NCBI GenBank assembly: GCA_045617925.1
Contig: JAZLJR010000053.1
Span: 11,206-75,205 of the forward strand
Direction of reading: 5' to 3'
Origin: Synergistaceae bacterium
Lineage (GTDB): Bacteria; Synergistota; Synergistia; Synergistales; Synergistaceae
Length of the DNA stretch: 64,000 nucleotides
Of this stretch, positions 28,390 through 40,324 are shown one piece after another. The position numbers and the translations under genes are program-made. Positions within the stretch are counted from its first letter, which is position 1; each line of letters begins with the position of its first letter. The notes under the pieces are model-generated. The model searched no databases and was not told where the DNA came from. It was given only the letters and a program-made list of their open reading frames with translations.

Positions 28390-28410
28390 GTTACTTTGGA
28401 GGTTTGTTTT

Positions 28411-28908
28411 ATGGATAAAAGAATATGTGATAAAATTTTTCCAGAGCTTTCCTCTCGTGCAAAATCTCATGGGTATAACTGCATAGGGCTTGAATTAGTG
28501 CATGAGGATGAGCAAAATATCCTTAGGCTATATATAGAAAATAATGCAGGGACAGATTTACTTGGATGTGAAGCTGTTAGCCGTGATATTTCACTGTATT
28601 TAGACACAGTAGAGGATATGCTCCCACCACATTACCTTTTGGAAGTTACGAGTCCAGGTTTAGAGCGCCCTCTTTTTACAGAACAAGATTTTATTGATAA
28701 TATAGGACAAATAGCAGAACTTACCTTGACAAATAAAAAAACTATAGTTGGTGACATTTCTGACGCTAATCAATCATTACTAAAGTTGAGTTTAGGTTCT
28801 GAAATTTTAGAATTTGAATACAATGAAATACAAGCTGCTCACCTAGTGTTTAGTTTAACAAAAGGGCAGAAAAAAATATTTAAGAAAAATAATAAAAAGA
28901 AAAAATAA
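28411..28908 (+). CDS. rimP: ribosome maturation factor RimP
   Basis: LEVTSPGLERPL motif. ATG at 28411, 8 nt after GGAGG. The longer track ORF starts inside the hairpin. Confidence 0.85.
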   Translation: MDKRICDKIFPELSSRAKSHGYNCIGLELVHEDEQNILRLYIENNAGTDLLGCEAVSRDISLYLDTVEDMLPPHYLLEVTSPGLERPLFTEQDFIDNIGQIAELTLTNKKTIVGDISDANQSLLKLSLGSEILEFEYNEIQAAHLVFSLTKGQKKIFKKNNKKKK

Positions 28909-28927
28909 ATGAAAGGAAGAATGAACA

Positions 28928-30082
28928 ATGCAATTAGGACATTCAAAGGACAAAAATTTAAAAGAAATTATCTCTACAATTGCACTTCAAAAGGGATTGG
29001 ACCAGTCGGTAATAATCCGCAGTATTGAGCAGGCAATACTTGCCGCATATAAGAAGTTTAGAGCTTCACAAGGTGACCCCAACTATAAATCTTCTGCTCA
29101 AAAAACAAGTGTAGAAGTTAATTTTGATCCAGATACAAACCAACTTCATGTATTTGAGGTTTATGAAATAGTTGAGACAGCTGACGATATTAAAAATCCA
29201 TACACACAATGGACATTGGAAGATGCTGAGTATGCTGGTTTGTCTGGATTATCCGTTGGTGAGTATGCAAGAGTTGAACAATCACCCGAGAATTTTGGAA
29301 GAATTGCCGCACAAACAGCAAGACAAGTTATCCTGCAAAGATTGAAGGATGCTGAAAAAGATCAATTAAGATCTCGCTTAAAAGAAAAAGAAGATAATGT
29401 TATAACTGGCATTGTTAGTAAAATTAAAGGAGATAAAACCTTTGTAATAATTGATTCAAAGGCTGAAATAGAGGCATTATTGCCAGAAAATGAAAAAATA
29501 TTTGGCGAAAATTACGAAATAGATAGCCATCACAAGTTCTATCTTTTTCTTGATAAAATTCCAGGTGGAAGATCTCGTTATGTTGTTTCGAGGAAGCATC
29601 CCAATCTTTTACGCCGACTTATGGCAATAGAAATTCCTGAAATACAGGAGGGAGTTGTTGAAATAAAATCTGTCGTTAGAGAGGCAGGAGCTAGATCAAA
29701 AGTCGCTGTTAAGTCTCTAGATCCTAATGTTGATCCAGTTGGTGCATGTATCGGAAGTGCCGAATCTAGACGTCTTGAGAATATTACAAAAGAGCTTTCT
29801 GGTGAAAGAATTGACATAGTCAGGTATGATGACGATATTGAGCAATTCATCATCAATGCACTTTCTCAAGCAAAAATAGTCCGTCTTGAAAAAGCTGAGG
29901 TTAACGGCAGAATTCAATATACAGCAATTGTTCATCCAGGTAATTTATCTCAAGCAATAGGCAAAGCTGGACAAAATGTTCGTCTTGCTGCGAGGTTGAC
30001 TGGATGCAAAATTGATATAAAACCCGATGAAGATGAAGTTATGCCTACATTTGCAGATATATTAAAAGAAAATAAAAAATAG
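28928..30082 (+). CDS. nusA: transcription termination/antitermination factor NusA
   Basis: N-terminal domain, S1 domain and two KH domains (VDPVGACIG, AIGKAGQNVRLA). Confidence 0.95.
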   Translation: MQLGHSKDKNLKEIISTIALQKGLDQSVIIRSIEQAILAAYKKFRASQGDPNYKSSAQKTSVEVNFDPDTNQLHVFEVYEIVETADDIKNPYTQWTLEDAEYAGLSGLSVGEYARVEQSPENFGRIAAQTARQVILQRLKDAEKDQLRSRLKEKEDNVITGIVSKIKGDKTFVIIDSKAEIEALLPENEKIFGENYEIDSHHKFYLFLDKIPGGRSRYVVSRKHPNLLRRLMAIEIPEIQEGVVEIKSVVREAGARSKVAVKSLDPNVDPVGACIGSAESRRLENITKELSGERIDIVRYDDDIEQFIINALSQAKIVRLEKAEVNGRIQYTAIVHPGNLSQAIGKAGQNVRLAARLTGCKIDIKPDEDEVMPTFADILKENKK

Positions 30083-30083
30083 T

Positions 30084-30368
30084 ATGTCAGTAAAAACAAA
30101 AGAAGAAAAAAAAGCTCGTATGCGTTTATGTGTTGGTTGCGATGTTTCGCATCCAAAAGGTGAAATGCTACGCATAGTTAGAAATTTAAATGGAGAAGTC
30201 ATGCTTGATATAACAGGAAATGCAGATGGTCGAGGAGTATATGTCTGCCCGAATATTATTTGTTTTGAGAAGGCAGTAAAAAAGAGTGGCTTAACTCGTT
30301 CCCTAAAGACAAACACATTATTAACACAGCTGAAGGATGAAATTATCACCGTTATTAGTGATACATAA
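30084..30368 (+). CDS. ylxR: YlxR family RNA-binding protein (DUF448)
   Basis: R.C.GC motif (RLCVGC) and GRG.Y.C motif (GRGVYVC). Canonical position after nusA. Confidence 0.85.
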   Translation: MSVKTKEEKKARMRLCVGCDVSHPKGEMLRIVRNLNGEVMLDITGNADGRGVYVCPNIICFEKAVKKSGLTRSLKTNTLLTQLKDEIITVISDT

Positions 30369-30378
30369 AAAGACAAAA

Positions 30379-30696
30379 ATGAATAATTCATTTAATTTTT
30401 TAGGACTTGCTAAGAAGGCAAATGCAATTTTAATAGGACAGGACGATGTTTTATTTGCTTTACAACATGGCATTGAAATGTTTGTATTGATAAGTAGCGA
30501 TGTTTCCACTACATTACTTCGCAAGATACAGACAAAAGCCTCGGCTACAAACTCGTCAATTGTAAAACTTGGCCTATCTCGTGGTGAAATTGGTTCTTTA
30601 CTTGGCATCCGCTCTGCAAGTGTTTTGGCAATCAAAAAAGATAATTCTTTTGCAGAGAAATTAAAACAAATTGAACTTTGTAAAAAATATAGTTAG
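30379..30696 (+). CDS. ylxQ: L7Ae-family ribosomal-protein-like protein (YlxQ)
   Basis: [14 protein letters not shown] sequence and canonical position between ylxR and infB. I prefer the ATG at 30379. Confidence 0.75.
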   Translation: MNNSFNFLGLAKKANAILIGQDDVLFALQHGIEMFVLISSDVSTTLLRKIQTKASATNSSIVKLGLSRGEIGSLLGIRSASVLAIKKDNSFAEKLKQIELCKKYS

Positions 30697-30698
30697 GA

Positions 30699-33002
30699 GT
30701 GAACAGTATGGCAAAAATGCGTATATCAGAATTTGCAAAAAATCACAACTCTACTAGTGCAAAAATTTTAGAAATTGCAAAAAGTTTGAATATTGCTGTA
30801 AAAACACATAGCAGTAATATAAGTGACGAAGAACAAAATATTATTATTGAATACCTTGCTAAGGAAAGTTCAACAAAAAAAGAGCATCAAACTGAACAAA
30901 AAGCTGATGTAAATTCCTTCCCAAAGGTGGCAGTAGGACTTGCTCCAACTTTACAAGAAGTTGCACAGGCTATGAAAGTTCCTTTTGGTGTTCTAGCTAA
31001 AAACCTTATGCTTGCAGGTATGATGAAGCCACCAACTTCAAAAGCAGATGATAAAACACTTGAGGTCTTATCACAGACATTTAAATTGTGCTTGGTTAGA
31101 GAAGAAATACGCAAGGATGCAACCGAAGTTTTGCAGAAAAAAGCGGAAAAAATCGAAGAGCAAAATAATGTAGAAGAAATTGAAAATATAGAAACACGTT
31201 ATGAAGATTTTATAGATGACTATATTGATGACGAGGATAAACCACGCAGCTTCAAGAAAAAAACTTCAAATAAAAAAGTTAAAGAAAATAAATCTTCTGA
31301 AACAGTTAAACAACCAGCAAAAATTTTGCAGCAGGAAAACGTTAGCACAAAAAAAGAAAAGAAAGTAAAAACACCAAAAGCTCAAAAACCTGTTCAGCCA
31401 ATAATATACAAAGAAAAGTCTGAAAAATTAAAACAAAAACATATAGAAAAATTGAATAAGAAAAATCAAGTAGAAGTAAAGAGTGAGGCAATGCCACGTC
31501 CACCAATAATTACGGTTATGGGACATGTTGACCATGGCAAAACAACTTTACTTGATTCTATTAGAAAAACTCACGTTACTGCAAGAGAAGCAGGTGGCAT
31601 TACACAGCATATTGGTGCTTCTTGTGTCGAATATAATGGACAAAAAATTGTGTTTTTAGACACACCTGGGCATGAAGCTTTTACAGAAATGAGAGCACGA
31701 GGTGCAAGTGTAACAGATATTGCGGTATTAGTTGTTGCAGCTGACGATGGAATAAAACCACAAACAGTTGAAGCGATTAACCATGCAAAAGCTGCAGAAG
31801 TGCCTATAGTCGTTGCTGTAAACAAAATTGACAAGCCAGATGCAAATCCCGATAAGGTCCGTCAGCAATTAACAGAATATGGTTTAATTTCTGAAGACTG
31901 GGGCGGAGATACAATTATGGTCAATGTTGCTGCCAAATCAGGACAGAATATTGATGAGCTTTTGGAAATGCTATTGCTTGTTGCTGAAATGCAGGAATTA
32001 AAAGCAGATCCATTAGCTGAGGCAAAAGGAACGGTAATCGAGGCCAATCTTGATAAGGGCAAGGGAGCAGTTGCAACTGTTATTGTTCAAGAAGGCACAC
32101 TTAAACGTGGAGATATTATTCAAACTGGAAGCACTTGGGGCAAGATAAGAGCAATGTATGATGATCATGGTGTACTTGTTATGCAAGCTGGACCATCTAC
32201 ACCAGTCGAAATTCTCGGCTTGGAAGGTGTTCCAACTCCTGGTGAAGAATTTACTACCATGAAAACAGAAAAAGAAGCACGTGAACTGATTGAGCAAAAT
32301 ATAATTGCTAAAAAAGAATCAGAAAGTAATGCTTCAAGAAAATTAACCTTAGAAGAGTTATACAGCAAAATGCAGACAGAAGATATGCCTATGCTTTGCC
32401 TTGTCTTAAAAACAGATGTTCAAGGTTCACTTGAAGCCCTACGCTCATCTTTAAACAAAATGAATAATGATAGCGTTGCCGTTAAGATTATTCACGAAGG
32501 TGTTGGCAGAATTTCTGAATCTGATATCACACTTGCAACTGCATCGAATGCAATAGTGCTTGGCTTTAATGTTAGACCAGATAATGGTGCTAAAAATCTT
32601 GCCGAAAGAGAAGGCGTGCAGATTAGATTATATCAGGTAATATATGATATGCTTGATGATGTAAAAGCAGCAATGGAAGGAATGCTTGCACCAGACCTCA
32701 GAGAAGAAATACTTGGAGCTGCCGAAATTAGAGAGATTTTTAGAATTCCAAAGGTTGGCAATATTGCAGGGTGCCGAGTTACAGAAGGTCTTATTAGAAG
32801 AAGTGCTAATGTTCGTCTTATAAGAGATGGAATTGTTTATTGGAACGGCACATTAGACGCATTAAAACACTTCAAGGATGATGCAAGAGAAATTAATGCT
32901 GGAAACGAATGTGGAATGTCCTTTGAACGTTTTCAGGATTTTCGTGTAGGCGATGTTGTGGAGTGCTTTGAAGTTATAGAAGAGAAAAAAGTATTAGACT
33001 AG
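30699..33002 (+). CDS. infB: translation initiation factor IF-2
   Basis: G-domain [18 protein letters not shown] and the conserved C-terminal domains. The ATG at 30708 (9 nt after AGGAG) is a plausible true start. Confidence 0.95.
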   Translation: MNSMAKMRISEFAKNHNSTSAKILEIAKSLNIAVKTHSSNISDEEQNIIIEYLAKESSTKKEHQTEQKADVNSFPKVAVGLAPTLQEVAQAMKVPFGVLAKNLMLAGMMKPPTSKADDKTLEVLSQTFKLCLVREEIRKDATEVLQKKAEKIEEQNNVEEIENIETRYEDFIDDYIDDEDKPRSFKKKTSNKKVKENKSSETVKQPAKILQQENVSTKKEKKVKTPKAQKPVQPIIYKEKSEKLKQKHIEKLNKKNQVEVKSEAMPRPPIITVMGHVDHGKTTLLDSIRKTHVTAREAGGITQHIGASCVEYNGQKIVFLDTPGHEAFTEMRARGASVTDIAVLVVAADDGIKPQTVEAINHAKAAEVPIVVAVNKIDKPDANPDKVRQQLTEYGLISEDWGGDTIMVNVAAKSGQNIDELLEMLLLVAEMQELKADPLAEAKGTVIEANLDKGKGAVATVIVQEGTLKRGDIIQTGSTWGKIRAMYDDHGVLVMQAGPSTPVEILGLEGVPTPGEEFTTMKTEKEARELIEQNIIAKKESESNASRKLTLEELYSKMQTEDMPMLCLVLKTDVQGSLEALRSSLNKMNNDSVAVKIIHEGVGRISESDITLATASNAIVLGFNVRPDNGAKNLAEREGVQIRLYQVIYDMLDDVKAAMEGMLAPDLREEILGAAEIREIFRIPKVGNIAGCRVTEGLIRRSANVRLIRDGIVYWNGTLDALKHFKDDAREINAGNECGMSFERFQDFRVGDVVECFEVIEEKKVLD

Positions 33003-33006
33003 TGTT

Positions 33007-33396
33007 ATGATTAGCTATAGAATTCAACGAATAAATAAAGAATTTTTACGTGAAATAAACGAAATCTTATTTAATAGTATAAAAGATGAACAGGTAAAAA
33101 CTGCAATTTTGACGGGAGTCCGCACCTCGCGTGATTTATCCTATGCCCGTGTTTTTTATACCTTACTTGATTCAAGTCAAAGGGATTCTGTACAAGAAAC
33201 ACTTGACCTTGTAGCCCCCAAAGTAAGATCATTTCTTGGAAAGCGAATGCATTTACGCACTGTTCCAGAAATTCACTTTTGTTTTGATGAATCAGAGCTA
33301 AAAGCAAGAGAAATGGATTCTCTGCTAGATAAGGTCAAGGAGATAACACCACAAGAGGACATAGAAGAGGCAAATAGCGAAGAATATGAATTATAA
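33007..33396 (+). CDS. rbfA: ribosome-binding factor A
   Basis: Typical RbfA sequence (R..R.N..... VRTSRDLSYARVFY ... VPEI.F.FD). Confidence 0.9.
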   Translation: MISYRIQRINKEFLREINEILFNSIKDEQVKTAILTGVRTSRDLSYARVFYTLLDSSQRDSVQETLDLVAPKVRSFLGKRMHLRTVPEIHFCFDESELKAREMDSLLDKVKEITPQEDIEEANSEEYEL

Positions 33397-34399
33397 TTAT
33401 GATAACGTCGCTACCAATCTGCGAGCTGCAGATACTTGGTATATATTCGGACATGAAAATCCTGATGGAGATTCTATTGGAACAACTTTAGCTTTTTACT
33501 CTCTAGCGGAGAGAATTGGTAAAAAGGCAGTTCTTATTTCAAAGAATGCTCCTTCTGACACCTACTCTTTTTTACCACATTTTTCTGACATAATAGTTAG
33601 CGCAAAATGTCCTGTAATAGAAAAAAATTCAATTTTGTTGATTTGTGATACTGCCACTGTGGAAAGAAGTGTAGAAAATTTAGCTGATATACTGAAAACT
33701 ACCAAGAGTATTGCACTTGATCATCATGTTGATAATGAGCTGTTTGCTGATATAAATATAGTTAATGCATCGTCTTCTGCAACGGCTGAAATTGCTTATG
33801 AAGTTTTTGAAGCATTGGGTAATGGTATTACACAAGAAGAAGCAACTTGTCTTTATACTGCTATAGTTACAGATTGTGGTAATTTTACATATTCTTGCAC
33901 AACTTCAAGAACGCATGAAATTGCTGCTAAACTTTTGGCAGTTGGTGTAAATCCTTCACTTATAAACGAAGCGCTTAACAAAAATATGACACACAATATG
34001 TTTATTGCATGGGGGCTTGCGTTACTTCATACTGAAATAATTTGTGATGGACTTGTTGCCTTGTTTTACCTTACGGAGGATGATTTTGAACGTTCACATG
34101 TCTCTCCAAGTGAATTGGAAGGACTTGCTTCCTTTGTAATGAGATTAAAGGGGGTTGAAATGGGGCTCTTTATAACAGAAAGAGCTGACGGCATAAAACT
34201 TAGTGTGCGTTCAAGGGAACCTTATAGTTCTAGAGAAATTGCCACCTTCTTTGGTGGTGGTGGTCATGCTTGTGCGGCGGGAGCTACATTAAAGTGTGAT
34301 TTTAAAAGTGCACTCTTAAAAGTTAAGGAATCTGTAAAAAATTATGTTACTAGACGGAATACTACCGGTATACAAAGAACTGAATTTAAGAAGCACTGA
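33386..34399 (+). CDS. nrnA: DHH/DHHA1 phosphoesterase (NrnA-like oligoribonuclease/pAp phosphatase)
   Basis: H.NPDGDSIG, DHH (LDHH) and GGGH motifs. Confidence 0.8.
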   Translation: MNYNYDNVATNLRAADTWYIFGHENPDGDSIGTTLAFYSLAERIGKKAVLISKNAPSDTYSFLPHFSDIIVSAKCPVIEKNSILLICDTATVERSVENLADILKTTKSIALDHHVDNELFADINIVNASSSATAEIAYEVFEALGNGITQEEATCLYTAIVTDCGNFTYSCTTSRTHEIAAKLLAVGVNPSLINEALNKNMTHNMFIAWGLALLHTEIICDGLVALFYLTEDDFERSHVSPSELEGLASFVMRLKGVEMGLFITERADGIKLSVRSREPYSSREIATFFGGGGHACAAGATLKCDFKSALLKVKESVKNYVTRRNTTGIQRTEFKKH

Positions 34400-35273
34400 T
34401 TGCGTCTCTATGGTAAAAAAAATATTACCTAGATATGTAAAAATAGGTCATGCAGGGACACTCGATTCAACTGCTGAGGGCATACTGATTTTATTGGTTG
34501 GTAAGACTACGCGATTAGCAGATTTTATTATGAAAATGCCAAAAATTTACAAAGCAACTGTAAAATTTGGTGCTCAAACTTCTACTGATGATGCAAGTGG
34601 CAATGTAGTTGCTACACAGAATACAGATCATTTAACTAATGATTTAATTCTTGAAACGTTGCCTAAATTTTTAGGCATTAGAGCTCAAATTCCGCCAAAT
34701 ATTTCAGCTGTGCATATTGACGGTAAAAGGGCGCATGATCTAGCTCGTTCTGGTGAAAATTTTCAAATTTCACCTAAAAATATTCAAATCATACACATCA
34801 AACAAACAAAGGAATTATTCCATAATTGTGCAGAATTTCTTATAGAGTGTAAAAAAGGCACTTACATAAGAAGTTTTGCTCGCGATTTAGGAGTATCTCT
34901 TGGAACAGTTGCCCATATAGCTTCATTAAAGCGTGTTAGTGTATGGAAATTTGTTAGTTCTAGGGCTATCTCAAGCAATGCATTAAGCAATCTAAATATT
35001 AAATCATTGCAAGATTGCATTTTGCATCCGAAAATTTTAAGTGGATATTTACCAACCTATGAAGTAAATGATAGTGGAGAAGAAGCGCTAAAGAATGGCT
35101 TAGAGCTTCCAATTGCCAACACTAAATTACTGACATTAGGACAATCAGATCTAAAAAATAAATCACTTACCATAGGTAATAATCTATTATCTTTGTGCAA
35201 TTTAACACAAAAAAATGCAAAAAATTTTATTTCACCTAAATGCAATATCTGCTTTGCTTCAGAACAGCTTTAA
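34344..35273 (+). CDS. truB: tRNA pseudouridine(55) synthase
   Basis: Catalytic motif GHAGTLDSTAEG. The conserved N-terminus starts at residue 4, so the 56-nt overlap with nrnA appears genuine. Confidence 0.85.
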   Translation: MLLDGILPVYKELNLRSTDCVSMVKKILPRYVKIGHAGTLDSTAEGILILLVGKTTRLADFIMKMPKIYKATVKFGAQTSTDDASGNVVATQNTDHLTNDLILETLPKFLGIRAQIPPNISAVHIDGKRAHDLARSGENFQISPKNIQIIHIKQTKELFHNCAEFLIECKKGTYIRSFARDLGVSLGTVAHIASLKRVSVWKFVSSRAISSNALSNLNIKSLQDCILHPKILSGYLPTYEVNDSGEEALKNGLELPIANTKLLTLGQSDLKNKSLTIGNNLLSLCNLTQKNAKNFISPKCNICFASEQL

Positions 35274-35314
35274 TATTGACACTTAGAAAAAAAAATAAGA
35301 TTGGAGAGTTCTAA

Positions 35315-36250
35315 ATGATTTACTGTTTGGGGGCTTTTGATGGTTTTCATAAGGGACATCAAGAGTTACTGAAAATTGCAAATAAAATTGCAAAATATTC
35401 ACATGATAATTGGGGAATAATTACATTTACACGTAATCCAATTACTACACTTCTATATAATGATTTTAAGCAATTATTTTTTAGGGAAGAACGAAATTGT
35501 ATTGCTACTGCATTTGGCTGTAAAAATATAATAGAAATAAACTTTACACCTGAAATTGCTGCAATGTCCCCCAAAGATTTTTTTGACTATATTGTTGAGA
35601 AGTTTAATGTAACAGGTTTGGTTGTTGGTGAGGATTTTCGTTTTGGCTGCAACAAATCTGGTGATACTGATCTTTTAACCCACTTTGCAATTAAGCAAAA
35701 AATTATTTGTAATGTTGTCCCTACTATTACACAAAATGCTCAAAAAGTTTCCACCTCGATAATACGTGACTTAGTTTCTCAAGGTGCTATAAATATGGCA
35801 AATAGATTGCTAGGTTTTCCATTTTTTATAACTGGACACTCTATACATGGCGACAATAGAGGAGCACTTTTAAATCATCCTACAGCAAATCTACCTATAG
35901 AAGGAGGAAAAGTTTATCCTCCAGATGGCGTTTACGCTGCAGCGACTGTCATGCAGGGTAAAATATATGCTGTTGCATTAAATGTTGGCAATAATCCAAC
36001 ATTTGACGGATTTAGGACTCCACGCATTGAAGCACACATATTAGGAAATTTTGGCGATTTATATGGAAGAAAGTTTACTTTCTTTATCTTTAAAAAGGTT
36101 CGTAGCGAGGTGAAATTTAAAGATAAAGAAATGCTTTTGCAGCAAATGGAAATGGACGTGCAAGAAACTAGAAGACATTTCGAGCATCTTTCACAAATAC
36201 AAAATGACAAAATAAAAAAAGTATCTGCTGCTATATTTGCTATGGCATAA
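35315..36250 (+). CDS. ribF: bifunctional riboflavin kinase / FMN adenylyltransferase
   Basis: GAFDGFHKGH, and the C-terminal kinase motifs PTANL and E.H. Confidence 0.9.
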   Translation: MIYCLGAFDGFHKGHQELLKIANKIAKYSHDNWGIITFTRNPITTLLYNDFKQLFFREERNCIATAFGCKNIIEINFTPEIAAMSPKDFFDYIVEKFNVTGLVVGEDFRFGCNKSGDTDLLTHFAIKQKIICNVVPTITQNAQKVSTSIIRDLVSQGAINMANRLLGFPFFITGHSIHGDNRGALLNHPTANLPIEGGKVYPPDGVYAAATVMQGKIYAVALNVGNNPTFDGFRTPRIEAHILGNFGDLYGRKFTFFIFKKVRSEVKFKDKEMLLQQMEMDVQETRRHFEHLSQIQNDKIKKVSAAIFAMA

Positions 36251-36312
36251 TTTGAGCTCAGGCAATATTAAAGTTTATACAGCTATATGTTTGTTTATGG
36301 CTTGTTAGCCTA

Positions 36313-36341
36313 TTGACAAATACACATAATAAGTGTAAAAT
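36313..36341 (+). promoter_or_regulatory. promoter of the tRNA-Ser(GCT)/tRNA-Arg(ACG) unit
   Basis: TTGACA (36313-36318), 17-nt spacer, TAAAAT (36336-36341). The tRNA starts 13 nt downstream. Confidence 0.7.
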
Positions 36342-36353
36342 ACGCCTCGTTGT

Positions 36354-36449
36354 GGTGAGGTGGCCGAGCTAGGCTGAAGGCGCACGCCTGCTAAGTGTGT
36401 AGAGGGGCTATAACCCTTCTCCAGGGTTCGAATCCCTGCCTCACCGCCA
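36354..36449 (+). tRNA. tRNA-Ser (anticodon GCT), long variable arm, CCA encoded
   Basis: Hand-folded. Acceptor GGTGAGG/CCTCACC, anticodon loop CTGCTAA, T-loop GGTTCGAATCC. Confidence 0.9.
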
Positions 36450-36453
36450 TTGC

Positions 36454-36530
36454 GCGCCGGTAGCTCAACTGGATAGAGCACTTGACTACGGATCAAGAGG
36501 TTACGAGTTCAAATCTTGTTCGGCGCGCCA
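36454..36530 (+). tRNA. tRNA-Arg (anticodon ACG), CCA encoded
   Basis: Hand-folded. Acceptor GCGCCGG/TCGGCGC, anticodon loop CTACGGA. Confidence 0.9.
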
Positions 36531-36548
36531 TTTTTAGAAATTGAATTT

Positions 36549-36582
36549 AAGTACTGCCAGTGTTTTGGTGGTACTTTTTTTG
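36549..36582 (+). terminator. intrinsic terminator after tRNA-Arg(ACG)
   Basis: Stem AGTACtGCCA / TGGtgGTACT followed by a T7 run. Confidence 0.6.
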
Positions 36583-36614
36583 TAATAATTTGTATCTGTT
36601 GACTGAAAAACGTT

Positions 36615-36643
36615 TTGACAAAATATATTCCGTAGTGTATAAT
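36615..36643 (+). promoter_or_regulatory. consensus promoter of tRNA-Ser(GGA)
   Basis: TTGACA (36615-36620), 17-nt spacer, TATAAT (36638-36643). Confidence 0.7.
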
Positions 36644-36700
36644 TTGCGACGTCGTCTAAAGAAGCGATACTGCAGCTGTAACTTGTTCGCTTTTACTTGC

Positions 36701-36794
36701 GGAGAGATGTCCGAGTGGTCGAAGGAGCTCGCCTGGAAAGTGAGTGAGGGGACGCAAATCTTCTCCTAGGGTTCAAATCCCTATCTCTCCGCCA
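36701..36794 (+). tRNA. tRNA-Ser (anticodon GGA), long variable arm, CCA encoded
   Basis: Hand-folded. Acceptor GGAGAGA/TCTCTCC, anticodon loop CTGGAAA, T-loop GGTTCAAATCC. Confidence 0.9.
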
Positions 36795-36810
36795 TTTATT
36801 TTTTGATATG

Positions 36811-36856
36811 AAAAGAGTGAGTAGTTAATATTACATTAACTACTCACTCTTTTTAG
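36811..36856. terminator. bidirectional intrinsic terminator (tRNA-Ser / queA)
   Basis: Perfect 19-bp stem AAAAGAGTGAGTAGTTAAT (36811-36829) / ATTAACTACTCACTCTTTT (36835-36853) with a 5-nt loop. Confidence 0.85.
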
Positions 36857-36861
36857 TATAC

Positions 36862-37917
36862 TTAACTTATAAAGCAGGAATCACCAAAGGAAAAAAATCT
36901 ATATTTTTCTTTTACAGCTGTTTCGTATGATTTCATTGTAAATTCATAGCCAGCAAACGCTGAAACAAGCATCAGTAATGTACTTTCAGGTAAGTGAAAA
37001 TTTGTTATTAATTTATCCACGATTTGAAAACGAAAGCCTGGAGAAATAAAAAGGCGTGTATCAAGTATCCCTTCTTTTATTCCTCCATATACACTGGCAA
37101 AACTTTCAAGCGTTCTAACAACTGTAGTGCCTACTGCAATAACTGGTCTTCCTGCATTTTTTTGTTCGTTAATTAGTGCTGCTGTTTCTTTTGATATTTG
37201 GCACATTTCACTATGCATAATATGTTCACTAATGTTTTCTGTCTTTACAGGACGAAATGTGCCTAATCCAACTTGTAATGTAACATATGCAATTTTTACG
37301 CCTTTTTCTTTTATGCGATTTAATAAATCTTGTGTAAAATGAAGACCAGCGGTTGGAGCTGCTACAGAATTTTCCTTTAATCTATTGTTATACACTGTCT
37401 GATAGCGTTCATCAGGTGCAGTAGTTGATTTTATATAGTGGGGAAGTGGTGTATGACCAAACTTATGAATTAAGCTTATAGGGTCCTGTGTATCGTCAAA
37501 AATTATTTCTCTCAGTCCATCTTCTAAATATCCACCAACTGTAATGATATTCTGTTCATCTAGCATCAGTCTTGTTAGTGGCTTGCACTTTTTTCCAGGC
37601 TTTAACAGAACTTTCCATATCTTATGATTTTCTGTTGGTGCTAGGAAAAACACCTCTACATTTGCACCGTCACCGCTTGAATTAATTTTGGTTGCAAAAA
37701 CTCTTGCTGGTAATACTCGTGTGTCATTTAAGACAAGTAAGTCACCTGGATTTAAATAGTCTATAATGTCATAGAAATGCTTATGTTCAAGAGTCATCTT
37801 ATCTCTATGCATAACGAGCAAACGAGAATAATCCCTCGGTTCAATTGGATTTTGTGCTATTTGTTCAGGTGGTAGGTAGTAATCATATGAAGAAGTTTTT
37901 GTTAAATCTTTGTTCAT
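36862..37917 (-). CDS. queA: S-adenosylmethionine:tRNA ribosyltransferase-isomerase
   Basis: Full-length QueA-like sequence (YDYYLP...IAQ.P...R..SRLL; AAPTAGLHFT; VGTT..R.LES). Confidence 0.95.
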   Translation of the reverse strand: MNKDLTKTSSYDYYLPPEQIAQNPIEPRDYSRLLVMHRDKMTLEHKHFYDIIDYLNPGDLLVLNDTRVLPARVFATKINSSGDGANVEVFFLAPTENHKIWKVLLKPGKKCKPLTRLMLDEQNIITVGGYLEDGLREIIFDDTQDPISLIHKFGHTPLPHYIKSTTAPDERYQTVYNNRLKENSVAAPTAGLHFTQDLLNRIKEKGVKIAYVTLQVGLGTFRPVKTENISEHIMHSEMCQISKETAALINEQKNAGRPVIAVGTTVVRTLESFASVYGGIKEGILDTRLFISPGFRFQIVDKLITNFHLPESTLLMLVSAFAGYEFTMKSYETAVKEKYRFFSFGDSCFIS

Positions 37918-37951
37918 AATTAATCTCTTGTATTGTTATTAATATTATAGG

Positions 37952-38758
37952 TTATTTAAAATATGCAACTACTGCTGTATGGTCAGAAGGTCGTTCCAAT
38001 GCACGAAATTTTTTTTCAACTAATAAATTTTCAGCTCTGTTTGAAATGTTGGAAGTTGCTAAAATATGATCTATTCGCCAGCCAATATTTCTTTCCAATG
38101 AATTCTTCACTCTGTAATCCCAAAAAGTAAAATTTCCAGGTTCTGGTAAAAACTGTCTGAATAAATCAGTAAAACCCCAATTTATAACATTTTCAAAGGC
38201 GTTGCGCACATCTATATGAAAACAGACATTATCCTTTTTACCTTTAGGCTGAGCAATATCAATTTCTGTTCTTGCAACATTAATATCCCCAACCCAAATA
38301 ATATTTTGGTCAGGTGAATAGTAATCTTTAAGCATTTTTTGAATCCGTTCAAAAAAACGGATTTTATATGGATAATCGGCGTGTGTAATATCCTTACCTT
38401 GTGGAATATATGTATTCATAATGGTAATATCACCAAATGTAACTCTTATTACGCGACAAGCTTCACTCTCAGCTTTTGCTTCATCCTCAACCTCTGGTAA
38501 ACCAAGAAGTATATTATCCGCTTTTATTTTACTCAAAACTGCAACTCCATTGTAGCTTTTCATTCCCTTGAAGTATGTATTATAGCCTAAATTTTCAAAG
38601 AAAGCTTTTGGAAACTCAGAATCTTGGCACTTAGTTTCTTGTAGGCAGAGAATTGTGGGGGAGTCATTACTTTTCAACCACGGTTCAAGTATGTGTAATC
38701 TTGAACGAACTGAATTAACGTTAAAGGTTGCAACAGAAAAATTTTCTAAATTAGCCAT
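37952..38758 (-). CDS. xth: exodeoxyribonuclease III
   Basis: EEP-fold motifs (N.NS.R, LQETK, GD.N, WDYR, R.D, SDH). Confidence 0.9.
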   Translation of the reverse strand: MANLENFSVATFNVNSVRSRLHILEPWLKSNDSPTILCLQETKCQDSEFPKAFFENLGYNTYFKGMKSYNGVAVLSKIKADNILLGLPEVEDEAKAESEACRVIRVTFGDITIMNTYIPQGKDITHADYPYKIRFFERIQKMLKDYYSPDQNIIWVGDINVARTEIDIAQPKGKKDNVCFHIDVRNAFENVINWGFTDLFRQFLPEPGNFTFWDYRVKNSLERNIGWRIDHILATSNISNRAENLLVEKKFRALERPSDHTAVVAYFK

Positions 38759-38768
38759 GAATTTTACC

Positions 38769-38803
38769 TCAAAAATAGGCAGAGCATTAAAGCTCTGCCT
38801 ATT
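38769..38803 (-). terminator. intrinsic terminator after guaB
   Basis: 12-bp stem AATAGGCAGAGC (38774-38785) / GCTCTGCCTATT (38792-38803). On the minus strand it is followed by T5. Confidence 0.65.
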
Positions 38804-38812
38804 GCTTTTGTC

Positions 38813-40324
<1,512 letters not shown>

